DNA of 64,000 nt from Saccostrea echinata (taxonomy: Eukaryota). The notes beneath the pieces are model-generated. The model saw only the letters and a program-made list of their open reading frames with translations, ran no database searches and had not been told where the DNA came from. The stretch lies in contig NW_026889758.1 of NCBI RefSeq assembly GCF_033153115.1, positions 24,986,001-25,050,000 on the forward strand, given 5' to 3'. Positions 11,925-24,715 of this stretch are shown piece by piece. Position 1 is the stretch's first letter. The number at the start of each line of letters is the position of its first letter. Position numbers and translations under genes: made by a program.

Positions 11925-12925
11925 AGTGCGGGTATAATAAAGGCCTTATAACGCAAAAAGGGTTTATAACGCCAAGTGAAAAGACTTTATTACGCCTTCG
12001 AAAAAGAAGTTATAACGCGATGTGAGAACGCATTATGACGCATTTTGAAAAGGCTTTATTATTTTTTTAGGCCCAGAGTGGGGCCTATATAGCTGGTCAT
12101 ATACAGTTGAACTTCGGTATCTCGAATACAGATATCTCAAATGCCATGGACATATCGAAGTGATTTGGAAGAACCAACCTCTTTTTAAAAAAAAAGTATT
12201 TTTACCCTGGATATCTCGAATCCACGGACCAGATATCTCGAAGTTTTTTTCCAGGTCCCATAGAGTTCGCGATAACGATGTTTGACTGTATTGAAAATTT
12301 ATTTCACGTTTCTTTCCGCTTGGAAAGAAAGCAGGCAAGTCATTTGCCTGGGTATAATGAGCAATAAGCCATTATCAAAAAATGTAATCCATGACCCTTG
12401 GTCCAGCATTCTGGTATCAGAAAAAAGGGCCAAGTTATTTACATATTGAAAATAACTTTAAATTATTTTTCATGAACAATTAGCCCTAAATGGTGAAACA
12501 ATTAATGTCCCACGGATCAAGGGTTCAAGCGAGGGTGGGGCAAAGTTGATCATAAATTGAAAATACACCTTCGAAAAAATATTCTTTATATGTCACTCTA
12601 GTAGGACAATCTACATGATTTTAAGTGGGCGCCTGACTCCCGTACATTATTATGACATTCGTGTGCTCTGGGTACAAACCCCCAGTTAGGGCTGTGATGG
12701 TCATGATTGAAAATTCATATACTTTTGAAATTCTAATTAAAGTCTCGACGTGCAAGCTACGATTCCTTGATTAGCAAAAGCCTTTTGATGCACATAATTA
12801 CACCTTTTCAAAAGACCTATTACACCTCTTCATTTCACGTTGTCACACCTTTTTTTCGCGCGTTACAACTCCTTTCACTTTGTGATATTACGCCAAATTA
12901 AAAGACGTAATAACGCCTTTAAAAA
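11925..12925. mobile_element. Degenerate element with ATAACGCC/TTACGCC subterminal repeats (same family as 31100-32340)
   Basis: Repeated AGGCGTTATAACGCC-type motifs at both ends. Segment 12320-12560 is homologous to 31805-32090. Confidence 0.6.
12104..12288. mobile_element. pogo/Tigger-like MITE with TA TSD
   Basis: TA|CAGTTGAACTTCGGTATCTCGAA ... TTCGCGATAACGATGTTTGACTG|TA. Confidence 0.8.
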
Positions 12926-12996
12926 ACCAGCTATAGACACATTCTGTAAATACAAGTGTGCATGTAAACAGTATCTGAACATTATTTTTAATTAAA

Positions 12997-13852
12997 AACA
13001 AGATGCGTTTGTGAAACACTGATGCCCCAGTATGGCAGCTTATGGCAAAGGTTAAAGTTTCTCAAATGCAAGTCAAAATCCAGGCCAAATGATAAAAAAT
13101 GTTGGTACCCAAAGTTAGGTCTTGACTCGAGGAATATTCCTGTTAAATTTAAAAGCCCTAGCTCCAACTGTTCAAAAGTTATGGCCAAGGTTAAAGTTTT
13201 TTAAAAGTAAGTAAAACGTCATGGTCAAGGTCAAAGTTGTTGGTATCCGAAGTAAGGTCTTGTCACAAGGATTACATATGTAAAGTATGAAAGCCCTAGC
13301 ACCAACCATTCAAAAGCTATGGCCAAGGTTAGATTTTTTCGAAAGTAGGTCAAACTCCTACGTCAAGGTTAAAGGGTCAAAGTGGTTAGTATCCAAAGGA
13401 AGTTCTTGTCACAAGGATTGCATATGTTAAGTATGAAAGCTCTAGCACCAACCGTTCAAAAGTTATGGCCAAGGTTAAAGTTTTTCGAAAGTAGGTCAAA
13501 CTCCCAGGTCAAGGTCAAAGGATCAAAATGGTTGGTATCCAAAGGAAGGTCTTGTCACAAGGATTACATATGTGAAGTATGAAAGCCCTAGCTTCAACCA
13601 TTCAAAAGTTATGGCCAAAGTTAAAGTCTCATAAAATTTTGCAAAAGTGGGTCAAACTCCAAGGTCAAAAGGTCAAATATGATGGTACCCAAAGAAAGGT
13701 CTTGTCACAAGGAATACACATGTGAAATATGAAAGTCATAGCTCCAACCAAACAAAAGCTATGGGCAAGGTTAAAGTTTTTGCGGACAAACAGACAGACA
13801 GACGGACAGGGCAAAAACTATATACCCCCGAATCTTCGATACGAGGGCATAA
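12997..13852 (+). mobile_element. pearl/HINE-type element, family B, copy 1
   Basis: AACAAGATGCGTTTGTGAAACACTGATGCCCC start; ~120-bp tandem units (GGTCAAGGTCAAA..GGTCTTGTCACAAGG..GAAAGCCCTAGC); (GACA)n; hairpin end ..GGGCATAA. Confidence 0.88.
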
Positions 13853-15103
13853 AAAACATTTTTGAATAGTATCAATGACAATGAAAATGCGACATTGAAT
13901 GAAACTTTTGTCGATCACTGCTACGTTTTACACACTGTCATGTAGATATATCTACGTAAAAAGTTGTAAATCATTAAACTCATTTATGTAGTGTTGTAAA
14001 ATGAAAGTAAACTTTGAACCACTAGAGATCAGAACCTTGATCATGATATAAAACTAATGGCTTAAATGGAGGTAAGCACTACGTGATTTAAATCTAATTC
14101 TTTCTTTTATGTTTTGTCTAATAATTATCCAAAGAGATACAAAATAATAAGTCATTGCATGTTGGCTAATTTACATGTAACTCACATGTTGACATAAATA
14201 AATTACATGTCTACATAAATATCGCGCATGCCACCATACTCTCAATTAAAATTAAATTTTAATTTGTTGTCCATTTTTCTACTACCGCCGTAAACTTGAA
14301 TTGAGTAAAAAAGATATTAATGATAAACAGGCTTCTTTTTTCCATTACGATATCTGACATTACTTTTAGATACCACAAAACTCTGTTTACCTTAACTTAA
14401 CCCAACGCATGACCTTTTATTGGAAGTTCGAAATTTTATTAGAAGTAGCTATGGAGTTTTATTGGCCTAAGCAATGAACCTCTATCCAGGTGAATATACA
14501 TCATACATATCAATGGATGTGACTATAAACTAAGCAATGCAATTTTATTGTATTATTCTTTTTTATGACGACTGGACTCATACGGTCTTACTATTTTTTT
14601 TTTTTCCAGTTATGATTAACAAAATGGATTTTAAAAAAGAAGAAAATAAGTATACCATGCATTGATTCTGTGATCGCTTTTGGCATGACATAAAATCTAA
14701 TTTGTAACTACATGTAAATGATATTTAAATTATACTATGGGTATTGATATTCGGAAAGATTTTTTTTGTATAAATGAAAATGTTGAATAAAACCAGAAAC
14801 AATTGATTTTGTCATCAATGACCTGGTACATGATAGAAGTAGAATTATGCTTTTTTCCCATCGTTCACCATGGTGCGACATTCCCGTTGCGACTTAGCAT
14901 TGTTTTTTTTAAGTGGAGATAAGACAAATAATGCTTGAAAATTCGAAGAACCTACTTCGGGAGGGGGTGGATAGGGTGTTACTCTTTCTTAAATATTGTG
15001 TTTTATGCAAGAAAACTGTAAGTATATATTTTATGTACCACAACTCACAGTTACATTAAAACAAAGAGCTATTTTCCCAACATTTATGTTAGTTATACGA
15101 TAA

Positions 15104-15589
15104 AACAAGATGTGTTTGTGAAACTCTGAAGCCCTCGTATGGCAACTTATAGCGAAGGTTAAACTTTCTCAGATACAAGTCAAATCTGTTCACACCCAAA
15201 GTAAGGCCTTGTCTCGAGGAATACACCTGAGAAATATGAAAGCCCCAGCAGCAACCATTGAATAGATATGGAAAAGGTTAAAGTTTTCCAAACATAAGTC
15301 AAACATCAAGGTCAATGTCAATGGGCTATAATTGTTGGTATTAAAAGAAAGGTCTTGTCACAAAGCCTACACATGTGAAGTATGAAAACCCTAGCACCAA
15401 CCGTTCAAAAGTTATGACCAAGGTTAAAGTTGGGTAAAATTTTGCAAACCTGGGTCAAACTCCAAGGTCAAGGTCAAAGGGTCAAAGTTTGGTATCCAAA
15501 GGAAGCTCTTGTCACAAGGATTAAATATGTGAAGTAAGAAAGCCCTAGCACCAACCCTTCAGAAGTTATGGCCAAGGTTTAAGTTTTTT

Positions 15590-15620
<31 letters not shown>

Positions 15621-16238
15621 AAGGGTCAAACTTGTTGGTATCCAAAGGAAGGCCTTGCGCAAGGATTAAACATGTGAAGTATGAAAGCCCTATAACCAAT
15701 CAGTTAAAAAGTTATGACCAAGGTTAAAGTTGGGTAAAATTTGCAAATCTGGGTCAAACTCCAACGTCAAGGTCAAAGTTGTTGGTATCCAAAGGAAGCT
15801 CTTGTCACAAGCATTACATATGTGAAGTATGAAAGCCCTAGCACCACCCTCAAAAGTTATGGCCAAGGCTAAAATTTTTCAAAAGTAGGTCAAGGTCAAA
15901 GGGTCAAACATGTTGATATCCAAAGGAAGGTCTTGTCACAAGAATTAAACATGTGAAGTATGAAAGCCCTATAACCAATCGTCTAAAAGTAATGACCAAG
16001 GTTGAAGTTGGGTAAAATTTTGCAAAACTGTGTCAAACTCCAAGGTCAAGGTCAAATATGATGGTACCCAAAGAAAGGCCTTGTTACAAGTAATACATAT
16101 GTGGAATATGAAAGCCATAGCTCCAACCAATCAAAAGTTATTTGCAATGTTAAAGTTTTTGCGGACAAACAGATAAGCAGACAGACGGATGGACAGAGCA
16201 AAAACTATATGCCCCGAATCTTCGATTACGGGGCATAA
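15104..16238 (+). mobile_element. pearl/HINE-type element, family B, copy 2
   Basis: Same termini and internal ~120-bp array as copy 1, with more units. Confidence 0.88.
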
Positions 16239-16444
16239 ATATAAAACACTTTAAAATCTATCAACTTGTAACCAGACACAGGCCCGTAGAATGCCGGGGG
16301 GGGGGGGGGCACTTTTTTTCTGAGTATAGTATTTTGCTGTAGTAAATTTTCATTTATATATTGGTTGCCCCCCCCCCCCCCCTCACACACATACACACAC
16401 TCTTTGTTTCTGTTAGGTAGAGCAGTGGAAAATTCCAGGATTAA

Positions 16445-17300
16445 AACAAGATGTGTTTGTGAAACACTGATGGCCCTGTATGACAGCTTTTGGCGAGGGT
16501 TGAAGTTCTTCAAATGCAAGTCAAACTCCAAGGTCATGAAAAATGCAGTTACCCAAAGAAAGGACTTGTTTTCAATGAATATACCTGTAAAATATGAAAG
16601 CCCAAGCACTAACCATTCAAAAGTTATGGCCAAGGTTAAAGTTTTTTAAATGTGGCTCAAACTCAAAGGTTAAGGTCAAAGGTACAAATTAAAGGTACCA
16701 AGGGGAAGGCCTTGTCATAAGAAATACACTTGAAATATTAAAGCCTTAGCACCAGTTGTTCAAAAGTTATGACCAAGGTTAAAGTTTTTCGAAAGTAGGT
16801 TAAACTCCAAGGTCAAGGTCAAAAGGCCAAAACTGTTGGTATTCAAAGGAAGGCCTTGCCACAGAAATACACCTGTGAAATATGAAGGCCCTGGTACTTA
16901 CTGTTCAAATTTTATGACCAATGTTAAAGTTTTTTAAAAGTGGGTCATATTCAAAGTTCAAGGTCAAAAATATTTATATTCGTTGAAAGGCATTATCACA
17001 ATTAATACACATGTGAAGTATGAAAGCCCTAGCACTAACTCTTTAAAAGTTATGGCCAGGGTAAAAGTTGGGTAAATTCTTGCAAAATTGGGTCAAACTC
17101 CATGGCCAAGAGTTCGAAAGTTGTGATACCCAAAGAAAGGCCTTGTCAATGAATACACATTTGAAATATGAGAGCCATAGCTCCAACCAATCAAGAGTTA
17201 TAGAAAATGTTTTGCGGACAAACAGATAGACAAACAAACAGGCAGACGGACGGACAGGGCAAAAATATATACCCCTGAATCTTCGATTATGGGGTCATAA
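16445..17300 (+). mobile_element. pearl/HINE-type element, family B, copy 3
   Basis: Same termini and internal array. Confidence 0.88.
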
Positions 17301-17571
17301 AAAATGCACCAAAAAGTTACGGAAAGGTCCTTCAAAATCAAGCGGCACTTTTCCCCCTACTGTTCATAGCGCGTATCAGTAAAAATAAAAATTTTGTTGA
17401 AATGCGTCCATTGGGGATAGAGGATAGTGTTGTCTTGATGACACGACGTATGTCGATAATACGCACGCAAATAGGGAATCAGTTTACCTTGCGCTGAGCG
17501 CCCGGAATATCTAGTTCGACTTTGAACAACACGATGCAGGCTAAAACTTGACCATAAAAATCCTTCATAAT

Positions 17572-17862
17572 GAACAAAGATACAATACAAATGAAAAATT
17601 ATCGCATACAAATAAGAAATTATACAAGTTTAAATAAAAAATTGTACAACATAAATGAAAAATATAGAATACAAATGAAGTTTTTTACATGTACAATACA
17701 AATAGAACATTATAAAATACAATGGGAAATTATAAAATACAAATGGAAAATTAGAATACAAATAAGAAATTATGACACAAATGAAATTTTTTACAATACA
17801 AATGGAAAATATAGAATACAAATGGAAAATTACAAACATACAAATGGAAAATGTAGAATAAA
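17572..17862. repeat. ~21-bp AT-rich tandem repeat (AATACAAATGGAAAATTATAG-like), ~14 units
   Basis: ATACAAAT(G/A) recurs with a 20-22-nt period. Confidence 0.85.
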
Positions 17863-17867
17863 AAAAT

Positions 17868-19126
17868 AAGGTGGGTGTTGCAGAAACCCGTGATTATTCC
17901 CTATATCGAGAAGGACATTTAAATATCCACGACGCATGAAGATATATCTCTAAATATAGATAATGCTACGTAGATGGCTTTATTTATACAGCGGGTATGT
18001 CCAGCTTGTCATAACAAAACATTTAACATTTTACGTTTATTTCATGCATAGTATTTTCCTAACATAGACTAGCGACCTGTAAGTAAACCTTTTTTTCACA
18101 TCTATGGTCACTGTCGCCATATTGCACGAGAAAAGTTAGAACGATTAAAATCACAATAAATGGCAAGTGCACCTCGCACATCATTTTGAAAGATGTACTG
18201 TAGACTGTGTGCGTTAATATTTTTCAATATATAAAAATGTGTCCAATAATCACGCCGTTGATGCAATATCCAAGAAATTTCATTGAGTTATTTCAATTTT
18301 AGTTGTTTTAAGTCAAATCTGAGCAACTAATTAACAGAACAATAATGAAACGAAATGCCTATGAAAAAATTAAATTATTTAAAATGATAGTACTTTATTT
18401 TTTAAGAAATCGCCACTAAATAATAAAATTAAATATATGTCTTATTAGTTTTAGATCACAATATCAAGGAAAACAATTTAATTCTGCATGCATTTAAAAT
18501 ATTACCCATTAATTTTCTGACATTCTCTCCCTCTCTCTTTCTCTCTCAAAAGAAATGTTACATTGTACTTCCATTATATGAGAAAAAAAATATGTATATA
18601 TATACCAGCCATTCCAGGATTCGAATCAATTCTCAGGTAAAAGAATCTTTGCATAGGGTCCATAGCTTTACCACTAGACCAGTTCCGACAGTGAAGTATA
18701 TATGCTATTTTAAGTGCACATTTTGCATTTCGGATGGATAATAATTTTTATTCGATTTTTTGTGATTTTCAAGAATATGCCTCTTTGAAATAAAAATCGG
18801 AAATGGCAGTTTGAAGAAAAATCCTGTCTCTTTATGCGTATATCAAATTCATTCTGTTTCAAGGAGGCACTTTTTCAGAACAATGGGGATTCCCTATTTG
18901 AAAAACAGAAAACTTGACTTATTTTGCTATGTGACTAATTTACACTTCATTTAATGGCAAATTGGAAGTCGATATGAAGTTTCTAAATATTGTTGTACAT
19001 GTGCATTGTGCTGTATATACCGTTGTATCTGAAAAAAATTAAGACCGTTTTCTGTTACTTAAAATTTTTCATTTAAACTGCTACAACTTTAGGGAAAATA
19101 ACAAAAGAACTGCAACACCCTCTTTT
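17868..19126. mobile_element. ~1.25-kb non-autonomous TIR element
   Basis: Imperfect TIRs AAGGTGGGTGTTGCAG ... CTGCAACACCCTCTT. Confidence 0.6.
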
Positions 19127-20247
19127 ATATACATATAAAATTCTTTACAATACAGATGGGAAAGTACCAAATATTGCAACTTTTGACTTGCCATGTATGA
19201 GGCAGGGTTTTTAAAATAAAAATATTTTTCATTTCTGCTACGCACTAATGAAAATATCAAAAAAAAAAATTAAAAAATAAAAAAAAAAATTAAAAAAAAT
19301 AAAAATAAATAAATAAATACATGTAAAATTGATTCCCCTTCCAACTACATCGAATATCTTCTATATTAGCAAGTTTTCAAGGACATTTTTAGGACTGTCA
19401 CACTTGTTTTCAAAAACATTTCTTTACTAATATAATGATCATAAATTATTTGTTTCAATAATGCTGACAAATTGAAAAAAAGGCTAGTCAATGTCGAAAT
19501 GTAGTGTAATGTATTACTTATGCACCTTGTAAGTTGTAGAGAACTAGTATGGCTCCATTGTGTAAAAAGTACAAAATTTAATTTCATAATTAAGTTTTTC
19601 ATGCAATGTTTATATTATTAATAAGTTAACAGTTGTGGCAAAAAAACATACATACGAGGGTTGTTCGGAAAGCTCGCGGACAATACAAGTCTTCGTTTCA
19701 TTTTTTCCCCCAAGAAATTGAAGATCAGCGCCTTATCACATTAAAAAAATATTTATTTTGTTGATGTGTGGAGTTTCATTCCATCTGATTAAATGGAACT
19801 CAAGTTACTGAAATCTAAAATCAACGTTTTGTTACCACGGATTACACTTAACAACATTTCCCCCCCCCATTTTAGTGTCTTTTCACAGATAATTAAATGA
19901 CTACCAATTGTACATTATTTAAAGTATTGCTTTTAAATTACTAAATTTTGACTTGCTCCGAGACCCCGGCCCATTTTTGCAGTTTAAAATTTTAAATGTT
20001 TGAAATGCATATATATCATGATATATTTGAAATTTTAATGCATATCATTCGAACATGTCTAACAAACTGAAATGGATATACCGGTAATATATCGTTAATT
20101 TTAATTATATGTATATTTCTAAACATACTTCGAAAAAAATGGAGAGAAGACCCAATTATATAGAAAAATTGTGAAAAGGTATGAAGAAATGATCGTTTCT
20201 GCCCTCTTTGATGTGTGCATGTTGTTTTATTGACGAATAATTTCAAC

Positions 20248-20384
20248 CATCGTCGGAACCCACGGGTTTCTCTTCGTTACACTACATTCAGTTGAATATA
20301 TAGTGTAACGGAGAGAAAACCCGTGGGTTCCGACGATGTGAATGTATAGTGTAACGGAGAGAAAACCCGTGGGTTCCGACGATG
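20248..20384. mobile_element. Foldback MITE with 9-bp TSD and a duplicated right arm
   Basis: CATCGTCGGAACCCACGGG... followed by two tandem inverted copies; AATTTCAAC on both sides. Confidence 0.88.
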
Positions 20385-21230
20385 AATTTCAACATTTGTG
20401 TGATTGTTGCAAATTGTGGAGCTTTTACGTCAAGTATACATTAATGTCAACTGAAATAGAGAAAACTTCGTTATAATTGAGATTCAATTTTAACTTTCTT
20501 TTGTCGAACAACAGGCATTCTTCTCGGCTTGTTCGCTCATCTCTTTTACGCTGTATGGTTAATCGACCATATATTTGATTTTTAATTCAGATCAGCGTAA
20601 GAATATAAAAAGAAGTTTTTCAAATGATTTTAAAATTCTTATTCATTATTCTTATTCTTTTCATACCATTATCATCTATAAAATCCATGCAATATTCTGT
20701 TCATTGATTTTTTTTCTCCTTGAAGGTATTTTAGATAAAAGCTGCAGGTTATACTCCGTTGATTCTGTATACTTATATGTCTAGAAGATTGAAAGCTATA
20801 AAAAATATAAAGATGAAATTGGACTAACCCATTCCAAATTTTTTAAATATGTGTTGATAGCACATGAATACAAACCAATATCGCTTTGTGTTTGCTTTCA
20901 TTTATAGATTGTATATCACCAAATCGAGAGATTTATGCTTACCCATTTTATTGGAAAGCGCCTCGTCAAATTGTAAACAAGGTAGTATTATTCCGATTTT
21001 TATATTTTAAATGATTTTATCTCATGGCAATAGTTTATTAAGAATTTAAGTTAGCTAACGGATCAAGGTTAATTAAATTATCATAAAAATTAATGTTTTA
21101 ATTTCGATAAAGAATTATTTTCATTTGTATGTCCTCTTTAGTCTTTAACATGCTTTAATTTTTCGAGCTATCTTTAAGCAGTAGTAAGATTTCCTTTTTT
21201 TACTTTATTTATTTTCAATATAAGCTCAAA

Positions 21231-23367
21231 ATGAGTGCCTTGCGTGAAGACTACAAACTGTCCGCTGCCATAGACTTTGGGACTACTTACTGTGGCGTAA
21301 TGTATTCTTCGAAGAAAGACTACGATGAAAAAAATCCTCTGTACATCTTCGCAAATCAAAACAACAAGGGAGACAAGACGACGTCACTGCAGGAACCGAC
21401 CACTGTACTGATTGACCCACAAAGACAGTTCCATTCCTTTGGATTAGAGGCGGAGAAGGAATATGCCAGACTGGCAGCCAAAAAAGAGCACGAAGAATAT
21501 TATTACTTCCGGCGCTTCAAGATGACATTGCATAGACATGTGGTAAGATTTGTCACTGTGATTCTTCAAAAAAAAAAAATTGTTTCCTCCTAAGTTACCT
21601 TTTGTTTTTTAAATCAAAATACATGACTATTATGTCCCTGGAAAACTACCCAGTGCCTTCCCCGATCTTAAAACATTCAAAGTTAACTTGCTAATCGTTT
21701 GACAAATGCAACAGCTGAAATTTGTTTTGTTTCCAATTGCAGGAACTGGCAGAGTATACAATGCTGGAGGACATCAAAGGGAAAAAGTTTAGAGCGATTT
21801 CAATTTTTGAAATGGCAATTGGGTGTTTAAAGTCTCGTCTTCTTGCAACCATTAAAAAGCGTGGGTATGAAGGGATCGGAGAGTCAGATATTCGGTGGGT
21901 GATAACCGTTCCTGCCATTTGGTCAGAAGCTGCAAAGCAGTATATGAGAGATGCAGCACGTGCGGTGAGAATTCCCAAACTTTATAAAAAACTGAAAAAG
22001 ACTCAATGATCAAATATAAAACACTTCTTTTTTTTCTTTACTTTAGGCGGGTATTGGAGACAGTCAACTTTTATTAGCATATGAACCAGAGGTGGCATCA
22101 GTATTTTGCAAAGAAGTCTCCGTAGATGCAAGGAGCACCGATTTCATCACTGCTCTCAACCCTGGACAAAAATTCATGGTTCTTGATCTTGGAGGTATAG
22201 TCTTAATTTATCTGACAGTGGTAATTTAATTTCAAAGTATCAGACTACTTAGTGTTATAATGCTGTGAACCTGTAATGAAATTTACTTTTAAAGGTGGCA
22301 CAGTTGACGTCACACTTCAGGAAGTTCTTTCTGACGGAAGTCTAAAACAACTGCATGCGCCAAGTGGTGGGGATTGGGGTGGTGTAGGAATAGACGATGC
22401 TTTTTACTCTCTGGTGGAAAAGCTAGTTGGAAAGGATATTTTTGAAGAATTCAAACATCAACATATGTTCGAGTGGATGAAATTTCAACAAGATTTCGAG
22501 CAAGAGAAAAGAACAATGACCCCGGATACAAGCCTGATGATTCAGTTACCTTCTCACTTAACCGAATTACATGCCAAAAAGTCAAAATCATCCTTGAGGG
22601 ATATAACAAAGCAAACATCCTTGGAAAACAAAGTTGTCTTTCTTGAGAATAATATTATCGAAATAAAATCAAGCGTTTTGAATGATTTTTTCAAACAAAC
22701 CATCGATTCAATCATTAAACATGTTACAGAAATTCTCCAAATTCCAACAGCTGCTGGACTTCACACTATTTTACTCGTTGGAGGTTTTGCAGAATCGAAC
22801 ATTGTAAACTCAAAAATCACGAAAGCTTTCAATGATAAAAAGGTGATTGTCCCGCATGAGGCTGGAAGTGCTGTTTTAAAGGGTGCAGTGATTTTTGGTC
22901 ATAACCCCAAATCCATTTCAGCCCGAATAAGCCCCTTTACTTATGGGTTGAAAACAAGACGCCAATTCAATCCCAAAGAAGATGAAGAGAGAAAGAAAAC
23001 CATAACAAAAGAAGGTAAAGCAGTAGTCACTACTGCATTTGATAAACATATTGAAATCGGAGAAACCATTTATATTGCTAAGGAATTGACATTGCACAAC
23101 TTTTATGTGATTGATACAAATAATCCAGAAGTGTTTTGGAAAGTGTATCGATCATCAAAGAAGAACCCAAGGTATTGTGATGAAGAGTGTCAAAATATTG
23201 GACAATTGACCATTCACTTACAACAGGCTATTGCATCTAGTGGGAAAAGAGAACTGGGAGTGCGTATGGTCTGTCGAGGAACAGAGTTGGAAGCTATCGC
23301 TGTTGATAAGCAAACAGGGTATTATTACCGCGTGTCGTTTGATTTTCTGAAAAGGATGTCACAATAG
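21231..23367 (+). CDS. HSPA12: Heat shock 70 kDa protein 12-like, ~584 aa. Exons 21231-21542, 21743-21964, 22047-22194, 22295-23367
   Basis: Motifs AAIDFGTTY, FGLEAE, YYFRRFKMTLH, WVITVPAIW, YEPEVAS, VLDLGGGTVD, PSGGDWGG, LLVGGFAES, AVLKGAVIFGHNP. Junction phases are consistent. Confidence 0.95.
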
Positions 23368-23790
23368 AATGTTTAAACTACTTCATATCTATAAAAAGCT
23401 TCAGACATCTCCGTTCATTGTTATATTGTTAAAAGACGAAGATATACACCCACATGCAAATTCCTACATCCCCTGCAAGGACAAAAAGACTTTTAATTGG
23501 ACAACTTTTTCAAAAAAATCGCAGGTATATTTTAAAGACTGACAAAATTGAAAAGAAATCCATTAAACTTGCATATATATCAGAAAAGAAATGTGCTATA
23601 TAAATCAAACTTGTTAGATCCTACCAGTAATCATTAGATAAGTATTTTTGGTTTATACCGGTATATTACGGTCACCATACAAATTAATATGTCATGTTTT
23701 TAATGTAGAAGTTTTTGAATATATTCTGCTTCAGGATACCAAAAATAGGGTTGCTTATAACAGGACACAATAAGTACCCATGGTTATTCT

Positions 23791-24204
23791 CATCTTCCCA
23801 TGTCAAGGGTTTCTGATCCACTCTGCTTCACATAAACCCTTGACGGAATAGTCTAGGTTTGACGGGGTTAGAAATGTTCTCTCTGACTGGCCTCAGTCAC
23901 AAGTTTGCATGAGCCAATTATAAACATTGTTTTTTTTAAAACCTGAAACTACATGTAGATCGTAAATAGAAAAACACGCCAGCTTTAGTCCCAACGAAAA
24001 CATCATTACCATTAAATAACTCAGTTAAAGGCTTGTCTCAGCTTTTTAGTTGAATTTAGAATTTATTACCGACTTGGTCAATAGCAGAAGTCAGTTCAAA
24101 ATGTGTAATCTCACTAGACGGCGCGATAGTAAACCCCGCCAAACTTAGCCTATTCGGTCAAGGGTTTATGTGGAGCGGAGTGAAACCCTTGACATGGGAA
24201 GATG
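23791..24204. mobile_element. Mutator-like MITE with ~80-bp TIRs and 9-bp TSD
   Basis: GGTTATTCT|CATCTTCCCATGTCAAGGGTTTC ... GAAACCCTTGACATGGGAAGATG|GGTTATTCT. Confidence 0.88.
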
Positions 24205-24715
24205 GGTTATTCTTACAAGACTAAGTCTCCAAAAACTACAGAGATATTTTCAAAACGAAACTAAGGCATCTTTTTGATATCAACCTTGGGAAACTTGTGT
24301 GCAGAATTGGAGTTTTTAAACCATGCAAATAAGTTTGCAGATGACCAATGACAAGCTGTGCAAATTTACGAGTTCCATTTTTATTGAAGAAGAAGTCTGT
24401 ATTGTCAAAAAGCCTTGTCTTTACTTTATCGTAAGAAATGGTTGTATAAATGTTGAAACCTCGTACATTTTAAATTTTAATGCTATCGATTTTAGTAAAA
24501 TATGTGATTTCAAATTTTCTAAAAGTTCCTTGGAGTTTATATTTTGAATCCACATTTGATAAACACCACTTCTCCAACATGTCGTTGTACAGTACTCCTA
24601 TGAAATTGCAAAATTTTAAAATAGTACCTGGTTAAGATACTTTCAACTCAAATAATGTACTGATGCGGTCAGTCGGTGTTGCATGTACTTAGTCTACAGT
24701 GTAATTGTTTGTAAT

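Noticed and set aside
12988-17237. Several ORFs with MAKVKVF / SKGRSCHK motifs
   Set aside because: Spurious translations of HINE internal tandem repeats.
17570-17869. 99-aa K/I/Q/N-rich ORF
   Set aside because: It is the translation of a 21-bp tandem repeat, with no splice or homology support. No nearby exon was found that could have seeded this repeat.
19653-19860. Mariner-like left end TACGAGGGTTGTTCGGAAAG
   Set aside because: No matching right TIR or transposase remnant was found.
20560-21230. Heat-shock elements upstream of HSPA12
   Set aside because: No convincing run of three alternating nGAAn units was seen.
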